DNA of 53,417 bases from an uncultured Polyangiales bacterium (lineage in GTDB: Bacteria > Myxococcota_A > Polyangia > Polyangiales > CAYWAT01): the NCBI GenBank assembly GCA_964456305.1, contig CAYWAT010000004.1, positions 1 to 53,417 of the forward strand, written 5' to 3'. Position numbers and translations under genes: made by a program. The notes beneath the pieces are model-generated. The model saw only the letters and a program-made list of their open reading frames with translations. It made no database searches and was not told where the DNA came from. Each line of letters begins with the position of its first letter. The first letter of the stretch is position 1. Shown here in pieces: positions 35,716 through 47,111 of the stretch.

Positions 35716-37464
35716 ATGGCGAAGTCCAGGCTACAGTATCTAGGAAGCTATCTGCGTCCCCACTGGCCCCAGGCCCTGTTAGGCGTTGGGGCACTACTTT
35801 CGGTTAATATTCTGGCCGTGCGTATTCCCATCCTGATTGGGGATGCGGTAGATCGTCTCAAGATCACCTTCGACCAGGCCACCATGGTCCGCTACGCGGC
35901 GTTAATCTTCGCCCTAGCAAGCATCATGTGGCTCATCCGGATGGCTTCTCGCGTACTGCTGTTTGGCGTGGGGCGCAAGGTGGAGTTCGATCTCAAGCAG
36001 CGTATTTTTGAACACCTGCTTTCTCTAGAACCCGCCTACTTTTCAGAAAATACGATTGGCGATCTAATCAATCGGGCCACCAGCGATGTAGACAATATTC
36101 GTCGCCTGCTGGGCTTCGCCGTTCTCAGTCTGGCAAACACCCTGTTTGCGTATCTGATCACGGTGCCCGCCATGATCAATATCAGCCTGCGCCTGACCCT
36201 GGTAGCTCTGGCTATCTATCCGGTAATGCTAGTGCTGGTGCGCCTGTTTAGCGAGCGGCTGCGGCGGCAGCAGCTGGATGTGCAGCAGTCTTTATCTGAC
36301 ATCAGCACGCTGATTCAAGAAGACATGAGCGGCGTAGCCCTGATCAAAATATACGCTCAGGAAGCCAACGAGCAAAGGGCCTTTGCCCAGCGAAACCAGG
36401 ACGTGTTCCAGGCTAACCTCAGCCTGGCAAAAACTCGTAATACCCTGTTTCCCCTCTTGGGCGGTCTGGCCAGCCTCAGCCTGGCCATTATCTTGGCCAT
36501 TGGCTCTCGCAGCATTGCCGCTGGCACCCTGGCGGTCGGAGACTTTGTCACGTTGCTGCTCTACGTCAATAATCTGGTCTTCCCCACGGCGCTGCTAGGA
36601 TTTACGATTACCGCCTACCAGCGGGGAGAAGTGAGCGTTGACCGAATCGAAGCGATTTTTGCGGCCCAGCCGCAGGTGGCGAATGTAGAAGAACCGGTGA
36701 GGATAGCGCCCGAAGAGGTGGCTGGGCATATTAATGCTCAAAACCTGACCTACAGCTACCCTGGGAATGCTGTACCGGCGCTGAAAAACGTTAGCTTCTC
36801 AATCAACGCTGGAGAAACCGTTGCCCTGGTGGGGCCGATTGGCTCTGGTAAATCTACCCTGGCCAAGGCTCTACCACGATTGCTGGATATTGCTCCCCAG
36901 CAGCTATTTATCGACGGTCAGGATGTTACCCAGGTGGCCCTAGCCGACCTGCGCCGTACGATTGCCTTCGTCCCCCAGGACAGCTTTCTGTTCAGCACCC
37001 AGGTCAAAAATAATATCCGCTACGGCTATCCCCAGGCCGATATGACCGACGTGGAGCAGGCCGCCAAGCTGGCCCAGATTCGCGACGAGATTCTCAATTT
37101 TCCGCAGCAATATGACACCCTGGTGGGTGAGCGCGGTATCACGCTGTCTGGGGGGCAACGCCAGAGAACTGCCCTGAGTCGAGCCCTGCTGGTGGATGCG
37201 CCAATTTTAATCCTAGATGACGCGCTTTCTAGCGTCGATAATCGCACCGCTACCCAAATCCTTGAGAATCTCTCCCAGGGCACCCAGCTTAAGACCGTTA
37301 TTTTTATCACTCACCAGATGGCGGCTGCGGCAAACTGCGATCGCATTCTAGTGATGGACGAAGGCAGCATTGTTCAGAGCGGCTCCCACCGCGAGCTAGT
37401 CAGCCAGCCTGGCCTGTACCAGCAGCTGTGGAATCACCACAAGCTGAAGGAAACCCTGGTCTAG
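35716..37464 (+). CDS. ABC exporter, fused permease/ATPase (MdlA/YheI-like half transporter)
   Basis: 6-TM domain; GPIGSGKS, LSGGQRQR, 'LILDDALSSVD'. Confidence 0.93.
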   Translation: MAKSRLQYLGSYLRPHWPQALLGVGALLSVNILAVRIPILIGDAVDRLKITFDQATMVRYAALIFALASIMWLIRMASRVLLFGVGRKVEFDLKQRIFEHLLSLEPAYFSENTIGDLINRATSDVDNIRRLLGFAVLSLANTLFAYLITVPAMINISLRLTLVALAIYPVMLVLVRLFSERLRRQQLDVQQSLSDISTLIQEDMSGVALIKIYAQEANEQRAFAQRNQDVFQANLSLAKTRNTLFPLLGGLASLSLAIILAIGSRSIAAGTLAVGDFVTLLLYVNNLVFPTALLGFTITAYQRGEVSVDRIEAIFAAQPQVANVEEPVRIAPEEVAGHINAQNLTYSYPGNAVPALKNVSFSINAGETVALVGPIGSGKSTLAKALPRLLDIAPQQLFIDGQDVTQVALADLRRTIAFVPQDSFLFSTQVKNNIRYGYPQADMTDVEQAAKLAQIRDEILNFPQQYDTLVGERGITLSGGQRQRTALSRALLVDAPILILDDALSSVDNRTATQILENLSQGTQLKTVIFITHQMAAAANCDRILVMDEGSIVQSGSHRELVSQPGLYQQLWNHHKLKETLV

Positions 37465-37481
37465 CCAGGGCTGACGGGGCC

Positions 37482-38705
37482 TTATTGAATTGCATCCATC
37501 ACGGAGAAGATAGGCAGATACATAGACACCAGAATCGAGCCAACCATTCCACCCAAGACAATAATCATGATCGGCTCAATGATGCTGGTCAGTGCCTTAA
37601 CGGCCTGTTCAACCTCGTCTTCGTAGAAATCGGCCACCTTCATGAGCATCTGGTCTAGCTCTCCAGTTTCTTCGCCAATGCTGATCATCTGAATAGCCAT
37701 AATCGGAAAAACCTGGTGCTTTTGCAGCGCCAGGCTGATCATGCCACCCGTTTGAATTTCGGAGCGGGCATCTTCAATCGCATTAGCAATAACCTGATTG
37801 CCCGCAGTGTCTCGGACGATTTCCAGGGCAGTTAAAATTGGTACGCCTGAACGGGATAGGGAACCAAAGGTACGACAAAATCTAGCGGTAGAAGACTTTT
37901 GTACCAGGTCACCAAACAGGGGCAGCCTCAGGAAAAGGCGGTCCATGGTTTCACGACCGGCCCGAGTTTTGTAGTACTGCCGGTAGACGATGCCCGCAAC
38001 CACGACGATGGCGATCATCGTCAGCACCATAAGAGGATTACGGAGAAATTCGCTAATCCCCATCATGAACTGGGTAAACGCTGGCAGCTCCGCCCCCAAG
38101 TCCTCGAAAATCTCAGCAAAGATTGGCAGCAGAAATACTGTCATGCCAATAAAGATCGTAACGGCCAGAAAACCCACCGTCAGGGGATAGGCCATGGCAG
38201 ACTTGATCTGATTCTGCAGCCGATTGAGATCTTCAAGCAGTTTTGCAAGCCGGTTGAGTACCTCATCTAGGACACCGCCGACTTCCCCGGCCTCTACCAT
38301 GCTGACGTAGAGCTTGTCGAAGCTGCCGGGATGCTTGGCCATGGAGTCAGCCAGGTTATTACCCTGCTGTACGTCGGCGTTGATTTCCAACAGCGCTTTT
38401 TTCAGCTTTGGATTGGGACACTGCTCGCTGAGGATGCCTAAACCGCGCACCAGGGCCACCCCAGCATTGACTAAGGCTGCAAACTGACGGGAAAAGACTG
38501 CTTTATCCTTGACCGTGACCCGAGCCAGAGATGTCTTGATATCTTCGGGATTGAGGCTTAGCCCACGATCCTCCTTGATATTCTGGATCGAATCAACTCC
38601 CCGGTCCCGCAGCAGCACGCGAGCTTCGCTAGGGCTAGCGGCAACGACTTTCTCTCGTCTGGTACGACCGGTACTATCTCGACCGGTGGCAACGTAGGTG
38701 GGCAT
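37482..38705 (-). CDS. pilC: Type IV pilus inner-membrane platform protein PilC
   Basis: 'FSRQFAALVNAGV', 'AGEVGGVLDEVL', 'IGEETGELD'; downstream of pilB-pilT. Confidence 0.95.
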   Translation of the reverse strand: MPTYVATGRDSTGRTRREKVVAASPSEARVLLRDRGVDSIQNIKEDRGLSLNPEDIKTSLARVTVKDKAVFSRQFAALVNAGVALVRGLGILSEQCPNPKLKKALLEINADVQQGNNLADSMAKHPGSFDKLYVSMVEAGEVGGVLDEVLNRLAKLLEDLNRLQNQIKSAMAYPLTVGFLAVTIFIGMTVFLLPIFAEIFEDLGAELPAFTQFMMGISEFLRNPLMVLTMIAIVVVAGIVYRQYYKTRAGRETMDRLFLRLPLFGDLVQKSSTARFCRTFGSLSRSGVPILTALEIVRDTAGNQVIANAIEDARSEIQTGGMISLALQKHQVFPIMAIQMISIGEETGELDQMLMKVADFYEDEVEQAVKALTSIIEPIMIIVLGGMVGSILVSMYLPIFSVMDAIQ

Positions 38706-38806
38706 AGCAACCTCACTATCAACAGCTGAAGACCCTCAGGTCTCGAAAAGTAAATAGGCGACCTTATCTTAGACCAGATAGTCTAATCCGAGTTGAAATG
38801 ACCGCT

Positions 38807-39946
38807 TTACCGCCGCATTCCTGCCGCTGAGCGTCCCTGCTGGCCCGCCGCTGGCTTGCCTCGGTTAGGCCCACCGGCGTTAATTAAGCGCTGTAGCTCA
38901 TCGGGACGAGAGGTTTTACCAATGGCCTGATCAAATCCGATAGCTCCCTGCAGATAGAGCTTAGCCAGCACCATTTCCAATGTCTGCATGCCCAGCTTGC
39001 CACCGGTTTGAATAGCGCCGTAGATCTGAGCTGTCTTACCTTCTCGAATTAGGTTGGAAATTGCCGGTGTTACCACCATGATTTCCTGAGCCATGACGCG
39101 CCCAAACTCGCCTGGCTTCGGCTTAGCCTTAGGGATCAGGGTCTGGCTCATGACTGCAACCAGGGAGTTAGACAGCTGTACGCGCACCTGCTGCTGCTGC
39201 TCTGGAGGGAATACATCGACCATACGGTCTACGGTTTGAGAGGCAGAGCTGGTGTGCAGGGTTCCGAAAACCAGGTGTCCTGTCTCAGCTGCCGTAATCG
39301 CTAGCTGGATAGTTTCTAAGTCCCGTAGCTCACCCACTAGAATCACATCCGGGTCTTCCCGCAGCGCCGCTTTCAAAGCGTTAGCAAAGCTCTTAGTGTC
39401 TTCCCCCACCTGGCGCTGGTGGATCAGGCTTTTGATGGGCTCGTAAACAAATTCAATCGGGTCTTCCACGGTCAAAATATGCTCTGCCCGAGTCATATTG
39501 ATGTCGTTGATCATGGAAGCCAGGGTGGTCGACTTGCCCGACCCCGTGGGACCCGTCACCAGGATCAGTCCCCGGGGCTTACGAGCCAGCTCAATGACAA
39601 TTTCTGGTAGTCCTAACAGATCTGGGCTAGGAATCTTAGAGCTGAGCACGCGCAAGCAGGCGGCATAGGTGCCCCGGTCTTTGTAGACGTTGACGCGGAA
39701 GCGGGCTAGCCCCTTAACACCGTAGGAACAGTCTAGCTCCCAGGTTTGCTCTAGCTGCTTACGCTGGGTATTGTTCAGCATGCTAAAAATTAGCTGCTGA
39801 CACTGCTGAGGGCTGAGGATGGGATGCTCGGTGGGAGTTAGATGACCGCTAATCCGGATGTAGGGCGGCAGTCCTGCTGACAGGTGCAGGTCCGAACCAC
39901 CTCGCTCGACTACCTCTTCCATCAAATCTTCGATCATCATGTCCAT
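38807..39946 (-). CDS. pilT: Type IV pilus retraction ATPase PilT
   Basis: 'SDLHLSAG', GPTGSGKS, 'ALREDPDVILVGE', 'AISNLIRE', 'GMQT'. Confidence 0.96.
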   Translation of the reverse strand: MDMMIEDLMEEVVERGGSDLHLSAGLPPYIRISGHLTPTEHPILSPQQCQQLIFSMLNNTQRKQLEQTWELDCSYGVKGLARFRVNVYKDRGTYAACLRVLSSKIPSPDLLGLPEIVIELARKPRGLILVTGPTGSGKSTTLASMINDINMTRAEHILTVEDPIEFVYEPIKSLIHQRQVGEDTKSFANALKAALREDPDVILVGELRDLETIQLAITAAETGHLVFGTLHTSSASQTVDRMVDVFPPEQQQQVRVQLSNSLVAVMSQTLIPKAKPKPGEFGRVMAQEIMVVTPAISNLIREGKTAQIYGAIQTGGKLGMQTLEMVLAKLYLQGAIGFDQAIGKTSRPDELQRLINAGGPNRGKPAAGQQGRSAAGMRR

Positions 39947-40107
39947 AGGGTTACCTCAGTAGATGTGATTGGTTACTAGCGTGAAGGATGCAGATGCGAC
40001 CGTACGGTGGTTGAAAGGTTTTCAGAGGAGATAAAAGCTGGGATTACTACGGGCCGTTACTGATTTGCAGGCTACCCAATTTCGTTCCATAGATTTCTGG
40101 CAGTACC

Positions 40108-42114
40108 CTAGTTCTGAAAACGCGGCGTTAGACAGTAGGGACAGTCTAACCAGTCATGGTTGAGATCGGCGTTACAGGTAGAACAGCTGAGCACGCTCTT
40201 GCGGCGGGCTTTTAGCTCGGCTTCTAAACTCGTGTCGGTAAAGGTCACCCGCTCGACTTCGTCTAGGGTGGTGTAGCCCTGCTCTACCAGGTCCAGGCTG
40301 TAGGCTAATAGGGTCTTCATCCCCTCTTCGACCGCTGCTTCCTTAATGCGTTCAGCAGGGGTGCCGTTGGAAATCATTTTCTGCAGATTTTCGGTGATGC
40401 GCATCACCTCAAAGACGCCTACGCGGCCTTTATAGCCTGCTCCTTGGCAGGTCTGACAGAGGGTGCCAGCGTTGCGGCTCGACTCTAGCTGATCGATCGG
40501 CAGGGTATTGGCCTTGTAAAAGGTAATATCGCTGCCGGCCGAGCTCAGGCCAAAGCGCCCTAGCTCCTCGCTGCTGGGGGAGTAGGGCACGCGGCAGTCA
40601 GCGCAGACTCGCCGTACCAGACGCTGGGCCAGGATACCAATGAGAGAGCTAGAAACCTGGAAGGGTTCAATCTCCATCTCATTGAGGCGAGAGATGGCGC
40701 CTGCCGCATCGTTTGTGTGGAGCGTTGTAAGTACGAGGTGCCCGGTCAGAGCTGCTTCGATAGCCGTTTGGGCAGTTTCAGAATCTCGGGTCTCACCGAC
40801 TAGAATGACGTCCGGGTCCTGACGCAGGAACGCCCGTAGAATCAGGGGAAAATCCATCCCCTTCTCGCGAATAATCTGTACCTGGGTAATACCGGGCAGG
40901 GCGTATTCGATGGGGTCTTCAGCGGTGCTGATGTTGATGCCGGGCTCGTTTCGCTCGGCCAGAATGGAATACAGCGTAGTGGTTTTACCCGAACCTGTCG
41001 GACCGGTGACCAGCAGCAGGCCGTAGGGCAAACTGGTCATCTCTTTGACAATATTAAGCGTCTCAGTATCGGTGATGAGCTGGTTGAGATCCAGCCGGGT
41101 TGTGGCGTTATCTAGAATTCGGAGTACTACCTTTTCTCCGTAGCGGCTAGGTAACGTACTGACGCGGAAGTCCACCTTACGTCCTTGAAATACGCGACGG
41201 ATACGACCGTCTTGGGGAATCCGCCGTTCTGCAATGTCTAGCTCGGCGATAATTTTGAAGCGGGCTGTAACCGCCGGAGTGATTTTCTTAGGCAGCGGCT
41301 GAAACGCCTGGCGCAGAACGCCGTCACGTCGGAAACGGATTCGTAGAAATTCTTCCTGGGGCTCGACGTGGATATCCGAGGTGCCTTCCTGGAGGGCTTT
41401 GACCAAAATTTTGTTAACTAGGGCGATTACCGGTGCCGCTCCGGCATCCTGCACGGCCGCGCCTAGATCGGCCTCTTCATCAATGGCTTCCTCTAGGCCT
41501 GAATCATCGAGCTCTAAGTCTTCAAGATTTTCATTGACGTCAACGGCCTTTTCAAAGTCCCGCTGTTTTTCCTTGGCAACCTGCTCGTCTAGATAGGCCG
41601 ATATCATCCGCTGATAGTCTTCAACGGTGATCACCATGCGACGCAGTTTTAGACCCTTAGGGCGAAAGATACGGTTAAGGTCGTCCTGGGCCTCCAGATT
41701 TTCCGGGTCAACCATGGCCACCAGCACGGTCGTAGTCGCGCCTTCCTGGGTTTGAGAAAGGGGCAGCAGCCGATGGCGACGGCAGATATCGATGGGAATC
41801 AGCCCGTCGATGAGATTGCCAACCTTGGTGTCCGAAACCCTCTCTATCTCAGGGTCTAAGGATTCAACACCGTATAAAATCTTCAGCTCGAACAGCTGCT
41901 GCTTTTTGTACTGTCGCAGGAGTTCGGGACTGAGCTGCTGACCGGTTAAAGACTCTAGAACATCCGTCAGCAAGCGACCCGTTTTTCGGCTCTCAACCAA
42001 CGCCTTTTGCATCTGGTCGGTATCGACATAACCAGACTGAACTAGCTTGTTGCTAAATGGGGAAAACCCCCTCTGCAAAACAAGCGCTTTTCGAGACGAG
42101 GAGGAGTTGGTCAT
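40108..42114 (-). CDS. pilB: Type IV pilus assembly ATPase PilB (PilB1-type, with C-terminal Cys4 extension)
   Basis: 'SDIHVEP', GPTGSGKTT, 'LRQDPDVILVGE', internal CxxC pairs, terminal 'CSTC...CPYC'. Confidence 0.96.
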   Translation of the reverse strand: MTNSSSSRKALVLQRGFSPFSNKLVQSGYVDTDQMQKALVESRKTGRLLTDVLESLTGQQLSPELLRQYKKQQLFELKILYGVESLDPEIERVSDTKVGNLIDGLIPIDICRRHRLLPLSQTQEGATTTVLVAMVDPENLEAQDDLNRIFRPKGLKLRRMVITVEDYQRMISAYLDEQVAKEKQRDFEKAVDVNENLEDLELDDSGLEEAIDEEADLGAAVQDAGAAPVIALVNKILVKALQEGTSDIHVEPQEEFLRIRFRRDGVLRQAFQPLPKKITPAVTARFKIIAELDIAERRIPQDGRIRRVFQGRKVDFRVSTLPSRYGEKVVLRILDNATTRLDLNQLITDTETLNIVKEMTSLPYGLLLVTGPTGSGKTTTLYSILAERNEPGINISTAEDPIEYALPGITQVQIIREKGMDFPLILRAFLRQDPDVILVGETRDSETAQTAIEAALTGHLVLTTLHTNDAAGAISRLNEMEIEPFQVSSSLIGILAQRLVRRVCADCRVPYSPSSEELGRFGLSSAGSDITFYKANTLPIDQLESSRNAGTLCQTCQGAGYKGRVGVFEVMRITENLQKMISNGTPAERIKEAAVEEGMKTLLAYSLDLVEQGYTTLDEVERVTFTDTSLEAELKARRKSVLSCSTCNADLNHDWLDCPYCLTPRFQN

Positions 42115-42459
42115 AGCTGCCGTAGAAAATCCTTACAAACCATACAGAAAGCTGCCATATCGAGCGTGCCTGCAGACGGATGGCAGCCATTTTGAGTTGC
42201 TGCTGCTGTCCCTAGCCACAAGCCAGACTCCAAACCAAAGACTGCCCAGGCGCTGCAGCGTTCTTTTTATATGTCCCGATAATAGCTTGAACATCTTTAT
42301 CCAGCTATCTTTAAATTCGGGATGGCCGTACTTCTAGGCTGCTCACCAAGGGCAGTCGGTTTAATAAAATCATTTCTGTTGGGGAGCGTTGGCTTAAAAT
42401 AGCGGCGTTCTGCAGCAAATTCTACGATCTGTGTACCGTTATTACGTAAGGTAGAAAGC

Positions 42460-43149
42460 ATGGTAGAGGAAGTGAATTCGGCAGAAGAAAATTCAATGGC
42501 GAGCAACATGGCAGCAAACGAAGAAGAAGCCAATATCGAGGAGCTGAAGGCAGAAGACGCGGAGATCGAAATCGACTTCGACGGGAGCCAGGACGAAAGC
42601 GCTCAGTCTGATGCTGATGTTGGGGCTGCTGGGGAGACCGATGACGGAGCGGCGGCAGGAGACGAGGCTGCTGTCTCTGTCTTAGAAGAGCAGATTACGA
42701 GCCTGAAGGGGCAGCTAGAGGAACGCAGCAGCCAGTATATGCGCCTTACCGCTGACTTTGAAAACTTTCGGAAGCGCACCAGCCGTGAGAAGGAAGATCT
42801 AGAGCTGCAGGTAAAGTGCAACACCATCAGTAACCTGCTAGAAGTTGTTGATAACTTTGAACGGGCCCGGGCTCAAATTAAGCCCCAAACCGATGGCGAA
42901 ATGGCTATCCATAAGAGCTATCAGGGGGTCTATAAGCAGCTAGTAGAGGCGCTGAAGCGGATTGGCGTTGCACCGATGCGGGCTGAAGGCAGCGAGTTTG
43001 ACCCTAATCTCCATGAGGCCGTGCTGCGTGAGCCCACCGAAGAGCACCCTGACGGCACCGTTCTTGAAGAGTTGGTGAGGGGATATTTGCTTGAGGAACG
43101 GGTTCTGCGCCATGCCATGGTTAAGGTCGCTACCGCTCCAGATAGCTAG
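42460..43149 (+). CDS. grpE: Nucleotide exchange factor GrpE
   Basis: 'RLTADFENFRKRT', 'FDPNLHEAV', 'RGY...VLRHAMVKV'. Confidence 0.96.
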   Translation: MVEEVNSAEENSMASNMAANEEEANIEELKAEDAEIEIDFDGSQDESAQSDADVGAAGETDDGAAAGDEAAVSVLEEQITSLKGQLEERSSQYMRLTADFENFRKRTSREKEDLELQVKCNTISNLLEVVDNFERARAQIKPQTDGEMAIHKSYQGVYKQLVEALKRIGVAPMRAEGSEFDPNLHEAVLREPTEEHPDGTVLEELVRGYLLEERVLRHAMVKVATAPDS

Positions 43150-43628
43150 GTGGGACAGCTGAGGGCACCCGCAGCTTCGAGCTGGGTTGGTTTTCAGAGC
43201 CGACCCGGTTTGTGAAGCTTACTTGAACTTCTCCGTGCTTTATCGGAACTTTCGGTTTTGGGTATTGTATTGGGTAAGTGCGTCTACAGTCTCGTTGGCT
43301 ACCTGTACGGGCTGAGTTTGATTCCGGGCCGGGCCTGGGTCCCCCAGTCGCACTACTACTGATAACTTTTGTGTAGGTTTACTGATGAATGTAGTGACCT
43401 GGCTCAAGAGTGGGCTGATGTGACTGTAGGTTGATGGTTGAGCGTTGCGATCGCACCGTAACACCTGCTGCAATATCTATCGTTATCTGTGAATGTATTG
43501 CCTTCATGACTGACGATGCTAGCCAGGTGTCAGGCTGCTGCTGTGGCTTTTATAAGCCCGTCTAAATTTAAAAAAGTAAGCGTAAAGTAAGCATAGCTAT
43601 AGAGCAGGTAATCTTAGGTTTTTAAGGC

Positions 43629-45614
43629 ATGGGTAAAGTTATAGGCATTGACTTAGGGACAACCAATAGCTGCGTAGCCGTACTTGAGGGCGGCAAGCCT
43701 GAGGTGATTACCAACACCGAGGGCGGTCGCACCATGCCAAGCATCGTTGGTTTTGCCAAAAACGGCGAGCGTTTGGTGGGTCAGCTAGCCAAGCGCCAGG
43801 CGGTTACCAACGCAGAAAACACGGTCTACAGCATCAAGCGTTTTATCGGTCGTCGTTGGGAAGATACCAGCAGCGAGCGTTCTCGGGTTCCCTATACCTG
43901 TGTGCGAGGGCGCGACGACACCGTAGATGTGCTCATTCGGGAAAAGGCTTACACCACCCAAGAGATATCGTCCATGATCCTGCAGAAGCTTAAGCAGGAT
44001 GCCGAAGCCTATCTAGGGGAAGAGGTAACCCAGGCCGTGATCACCGTACCTGCCTACTTTACGGATGCCCAGCGTCAGGCCACCAAAGATGCCGGTAAAA
44101 TTGCCGGTCTAGAGGTACTGCGCATTATCAACGAGCCCACGGCGGCGGCTCTGTCCTACGGTCTGGACAAGCAGGATCAGGACCAGACCGTTTTAGTGTT
44201 TGACCTGGGCGGCGGCACGTTTGATGTCTCTATTCTGCAGCTAGGAGACGGCGTATTCGAAGTAAAGGCTACCTCTGGCAATAATCACCTAGGCGGCGAT
44301 GACTTTGACAGCTGTATTGTGACGGCTCTGCTAGAGCAGTTTCGCGATCAGGAGGGCATCGATCTTTCCACCGATCGTATGGCCCTACAGCGAATTCGAG
44401 AGGCGGCGGAGAAGGCTAAAATCGAGCTCTCTACCCGCGCCACCACCTCAATCAATCTGCCTTTTATCACTGCCGATGAAACTGGCCCCAAGCATTTGGA
44501 AACCGACCTGTCGCGGGTCAAGTTTGAGGAGCTAGCTAAATCTTTAGTCAAAGCTACCCTGGAGCCGGTAGCCCAGGCGCTTAAAGACGCAGAGCTTAAC
44601 CCGGGGGATATCGACCGCATTTTGCTGGTGGGGGGCTCTACCCGGATTCCGGCGGTACAGCAGGCCATTAGCCAGTTCTTCAACGGCAAGGCTCCGGATC
44701 GCTCGGTCAATCCGGATGAGGCCGTTGCCCTGGGTGCCTCTATCCAGGCTGGAGTGCTAGGGGGCGAGGTAAAAGACCTGCTTCTATTAGACGTCACTCC
44801 TCTGTCCCTGGGAATTGAAACCCTAGGAGAAGTGTTTACTAAGCTCATCGAGCGTAACACCACTATCCCCACCAGCAAGTCTCAGATTTTCTCAACGGCT
44901 ACCGATGGACAAACTTCTGTAGAGGTACACGCCCTCCAGGGTGAGCGTGCCATGGCTCGAGATAATAAAAGCCTGGGCCGGTTTGAGCTGACTGGAATTC
45001 CGCCAGCTCCTAGGGGAGTACCGCAAATCGAGGTGTCCTTTGAAATCGACGCCGACGGTATTCTCCAGGTCGCCGCCCAGGATAAGGGTACCGGACGGGC
45101 CCAGAGCATTCGCATTACCAATACGGGCGGTCTAACCAATAGCGAAATCGACAAGATGCGTGAGGAGGCTGAAGCCTACGCTGATGAAGATGAGCGCCGC
45201 AAGGTAGTGGCTGAGCTGAAAAACCGCGCCGATAGTCTGTTCTACAGCTATGAGTCCACGATGCGCGACAATGCGGAGCTAATCAGCGAGGAACTGCGCC
45301 TTAGCTCCCAGGAAGCCGAGGCGATGCTGCGGGCTGCCCTAGCCGATAAGAGTATTAGCCCAGAAGACCTGCAGGCGGCCCTAGACGGTCTGCAGACCGC
45401 TATCTTTGAAATTGGCCGCTATCTGTACGGCCAGGTCAAAGAAAACTACGACATCGACGACGATGCTACGGCTCCAGACGTAGATAGGTCTGCGGACGGC
45501 GATGAAACCGCTGCAGACATCGCACCTGAGGAGGCTGTTGAAGTATCGGAGGAGGAGCCGCTAGATTTAGACCTAGATGAAACGCTTCAGGTCAACTACG
45601 AACCGATCGAGTAG
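43629..45614 (+). CDS. dnaK: Chaperone DnaK (grpE-linked DnaK1-type with acidic tail)
   Basis: '[10 protein letters not shown]', 'TVPAYF', 'DLGGGTFD', '[12 protein letters not shown]'. Confidence 0.97.
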   Translation: MGKVIGIDLGTTNSCVAVLEGGKPEVITNTEGGRTMPSIVGFAKNGERLVGQLAKRQAVTNAENTVYSIKRFIGRRWEDTSSERSRVPYTCVRGRDDTVDVLIREKAYTTQEISSMILQKLKQDAEAYLGEEVTQAVITVPAYFTDAQRQATKDAGKIAGLEVLRIINEPTAAALSYGLDKQDQDQTVLVFDLGGGTFDVSILQLGDGVFEVKATSGNNHLGGDDFDSCIVTALLEQFRDQEGIDLSTDRMALQRIREAAEKAKIELSTRATTSINLPFITADETGPKHLETDLSRVKFEELAKSLVKATLEPVAQALKDAELNPGDIDRILLVGGSTRIPAVQQAISQFFNGKAPDRSVNPDEAVALGASIQAGVLGGEVKDLLLLDVTPLSLGIETLGEVFTKLIERNTTIPTSKSQIFSTATDGQTSVEVHALQGERAMARDNKSLGRFELTGIPPAPRGVPQIEVSFEIDADGILQVAAQDKGTGRAQSIRITNTGGLTNSEIDKMREEAEAYADEDERRKVVAELKNRADSLFYSYESTMRDNAELISEELRLSSQEAEAMLRAALADKSISPEDLQAALDGLQTAIFEIGRYLYGQVKENYDIDDDATAPDVDRSADGDETAADIAPEEAVEVSEEEPLDLDLDETLQVNYEPIE

Positions 45615-45712
45615 GAAACCGTATGTTGAGGAGTACGGAAATTGCGAATTAGAAACCAGCCAGGCTTACGTAGAATGGTTGGATATGTTCGTTGTTGTTA
45701 AGCTAGCGTTCT

Positions 45713-46840
45713 ATGGCTCGTGATTACTACGAGGTGCTGGGTGTTTCCCGCAGTGCCGATGCGGATGAGTTAAAACGCGCTTACCGGCGTCTGGCTCGTA
45801 AGTATCATCCTGACGTCAATAAAGATCCAGGGGCAGAAGACCAGTTTAAGGAAATCAACCGCGCCTACGAAGTGCTCTCAGAGCCAGAGGTTAGAGCCCG
45901 CTATGACCGCTTCGGCGAAGCTGGGGTAGGCGGCGCTGCTGGCGGTCCTGGTTTTCAGGACTTCTCCGCCGACATGGGCGGATTTGCCGATATTTTTGAG
46001 AGTTTTTTCAACGGCTTTTCAGGAGGTACGGCCCAGGCCAAGCGCCGTGGTCCGACTCGAGGCGACGATCTGCGCCTTGACCTCAAGCTAAACTTCACCG
46101 AGGCCGTTTTCGGCGGTGAGAAGGAAATAAAAATTAGTCACCTGGAAAGCTGTACTACCTGTAAGGGGTCGGGGGCTAAACCTGGTACGCGTCCTCGCAC
46201 CTGTGCCACCTGCAACGGCGCTGGCCAGGTCAGAAGGGCTACCCGCACTCCGTTTGGCAGCTTTACCCAGGTTTCTGCCTGTCCCACCTGTAACGGCAAC
46301 GGAGAGGTGGTTGAAGATCGCTGTGAGGTCTGTGGTGGAGCCGGGCGTAAGCAGGAAAGCAAAAAGCTCAAAATTACCGTGCCTGCTGGTGTCGACAATG
46401 GCACACGCCTGCGGGTCTCGAACGAAGGAGATGCGGGTCAGCGCGGCGGTCCTCCCGGAGATCTCTACGTCTATCTATTTGTCAAAGAACACAGCACCTT
46501 CAAACGAGAAGGTATCAATATTCTCTCGGAGCTGAAGGTAAGCTATCTCCAGGCAATTTTGGGCTGTGAGCTGCAGGTGGATACCGTCGATGGACCAGTC
46601 GACGTGGCGGTACCTTCTGGTACCCAGCCAGGAACGGTACTCACCCTAGAAAACCATGGGGTACCCAGGCTGGGAAATCCGGTAAGCCGAGGCAATCATC
46701 TGTTAACGGTTTTGGTGGATATTCCAACTCGAGTAAAACCCGAAGAGCGAGAAATGCTGCAGAAGCTGGCGGAACTGCGGGGAGACAGCGTTTCTAAAGG
46801 CGGTATTGAGGGCTTTCTGGGGGGGCTGTTCAAGGGATAG
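45713..46840 (+). CDS. dnaJ: Chaperone DnaJ (class A)
   Basis: J-domain HPD, G/F region, four CxxCxGxG repeats. Confidence 0.97.
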   Translation: MARDYYEVLGVSRSADADELKRAYRRLARKYHPDVNKDPGAEDQFKEINRAYEVLSEPEVRARYDRFGEAGVGGAAGGPGFQDFSADMGGFADIFESFFNGFSGGTAQAKRRGPTRGDDLRLDLKLNFTEAVFGGEKEIKISHLESCTTCKGSGAKPGTRPRTCATCNGAGQVRRATRTPFGSFTQVSACPTCNGNGEVVEDRCEVCGGAGRKQESKKLKITVPAGVDNGTRLRVSNEGDAGQRGGPPGDLYVYLFVKEHSTFKREGINILSELKVSYLQAILGCELQVDTVDGPVDVAVPSGTQPGTVLTLENHGVPRLGNPVSRGNHLLTVLVDIPTRVKPEEREMLQKLAELRGDSVSKGGIEGFLGGLFKG

Positions 46841-46844
46841 CGCC

Positions 46845-47111
46845 ATGGACAACCTCAACCAGTCTGCTAGGGACCGTGCTCCTGATAAGACCCTGGATTT
46901 GCGGGGAACTCCCTGCCCCATCAATTTTGTGCGCACGAAGCTGCAGCTGCAGCGCATGGAGAATAACCAGCTGCTGGAGGTTTGGCTAGATGCGGGAGAG
47001 CCAGTGGACCAGGTGCCGGATAGCCTTAGAACCGAGGGCTACACCATTGAGTCTCTCTCCCCCCAGGCAGACGGCTACTACGCCCTCAGGGTACGTAGTC
47101 TATCCTCATGA
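46845..47111 (+). CDS. TusA/SirA-family sulfur carrier
   Basis: 'LDLRGTPCPINFVRTKL...EVWLDAGEP'; ATG at 46845. Confidence 0.88.
   Translation: MDNLNQSARDRAPDKTLDLRGTPCPINFVRTKLQLQRMENNQLLEVWLDAGEPVDQVPDSLRTEGYTIESLSPQADGYYALRVRSLSS

Noticed and set aside
43240-43473. 77-aa minus-strand ORF between grpE and dnaK
   Set aside because: Non-ATG start, no motif, and antisense to the chaperone operon.
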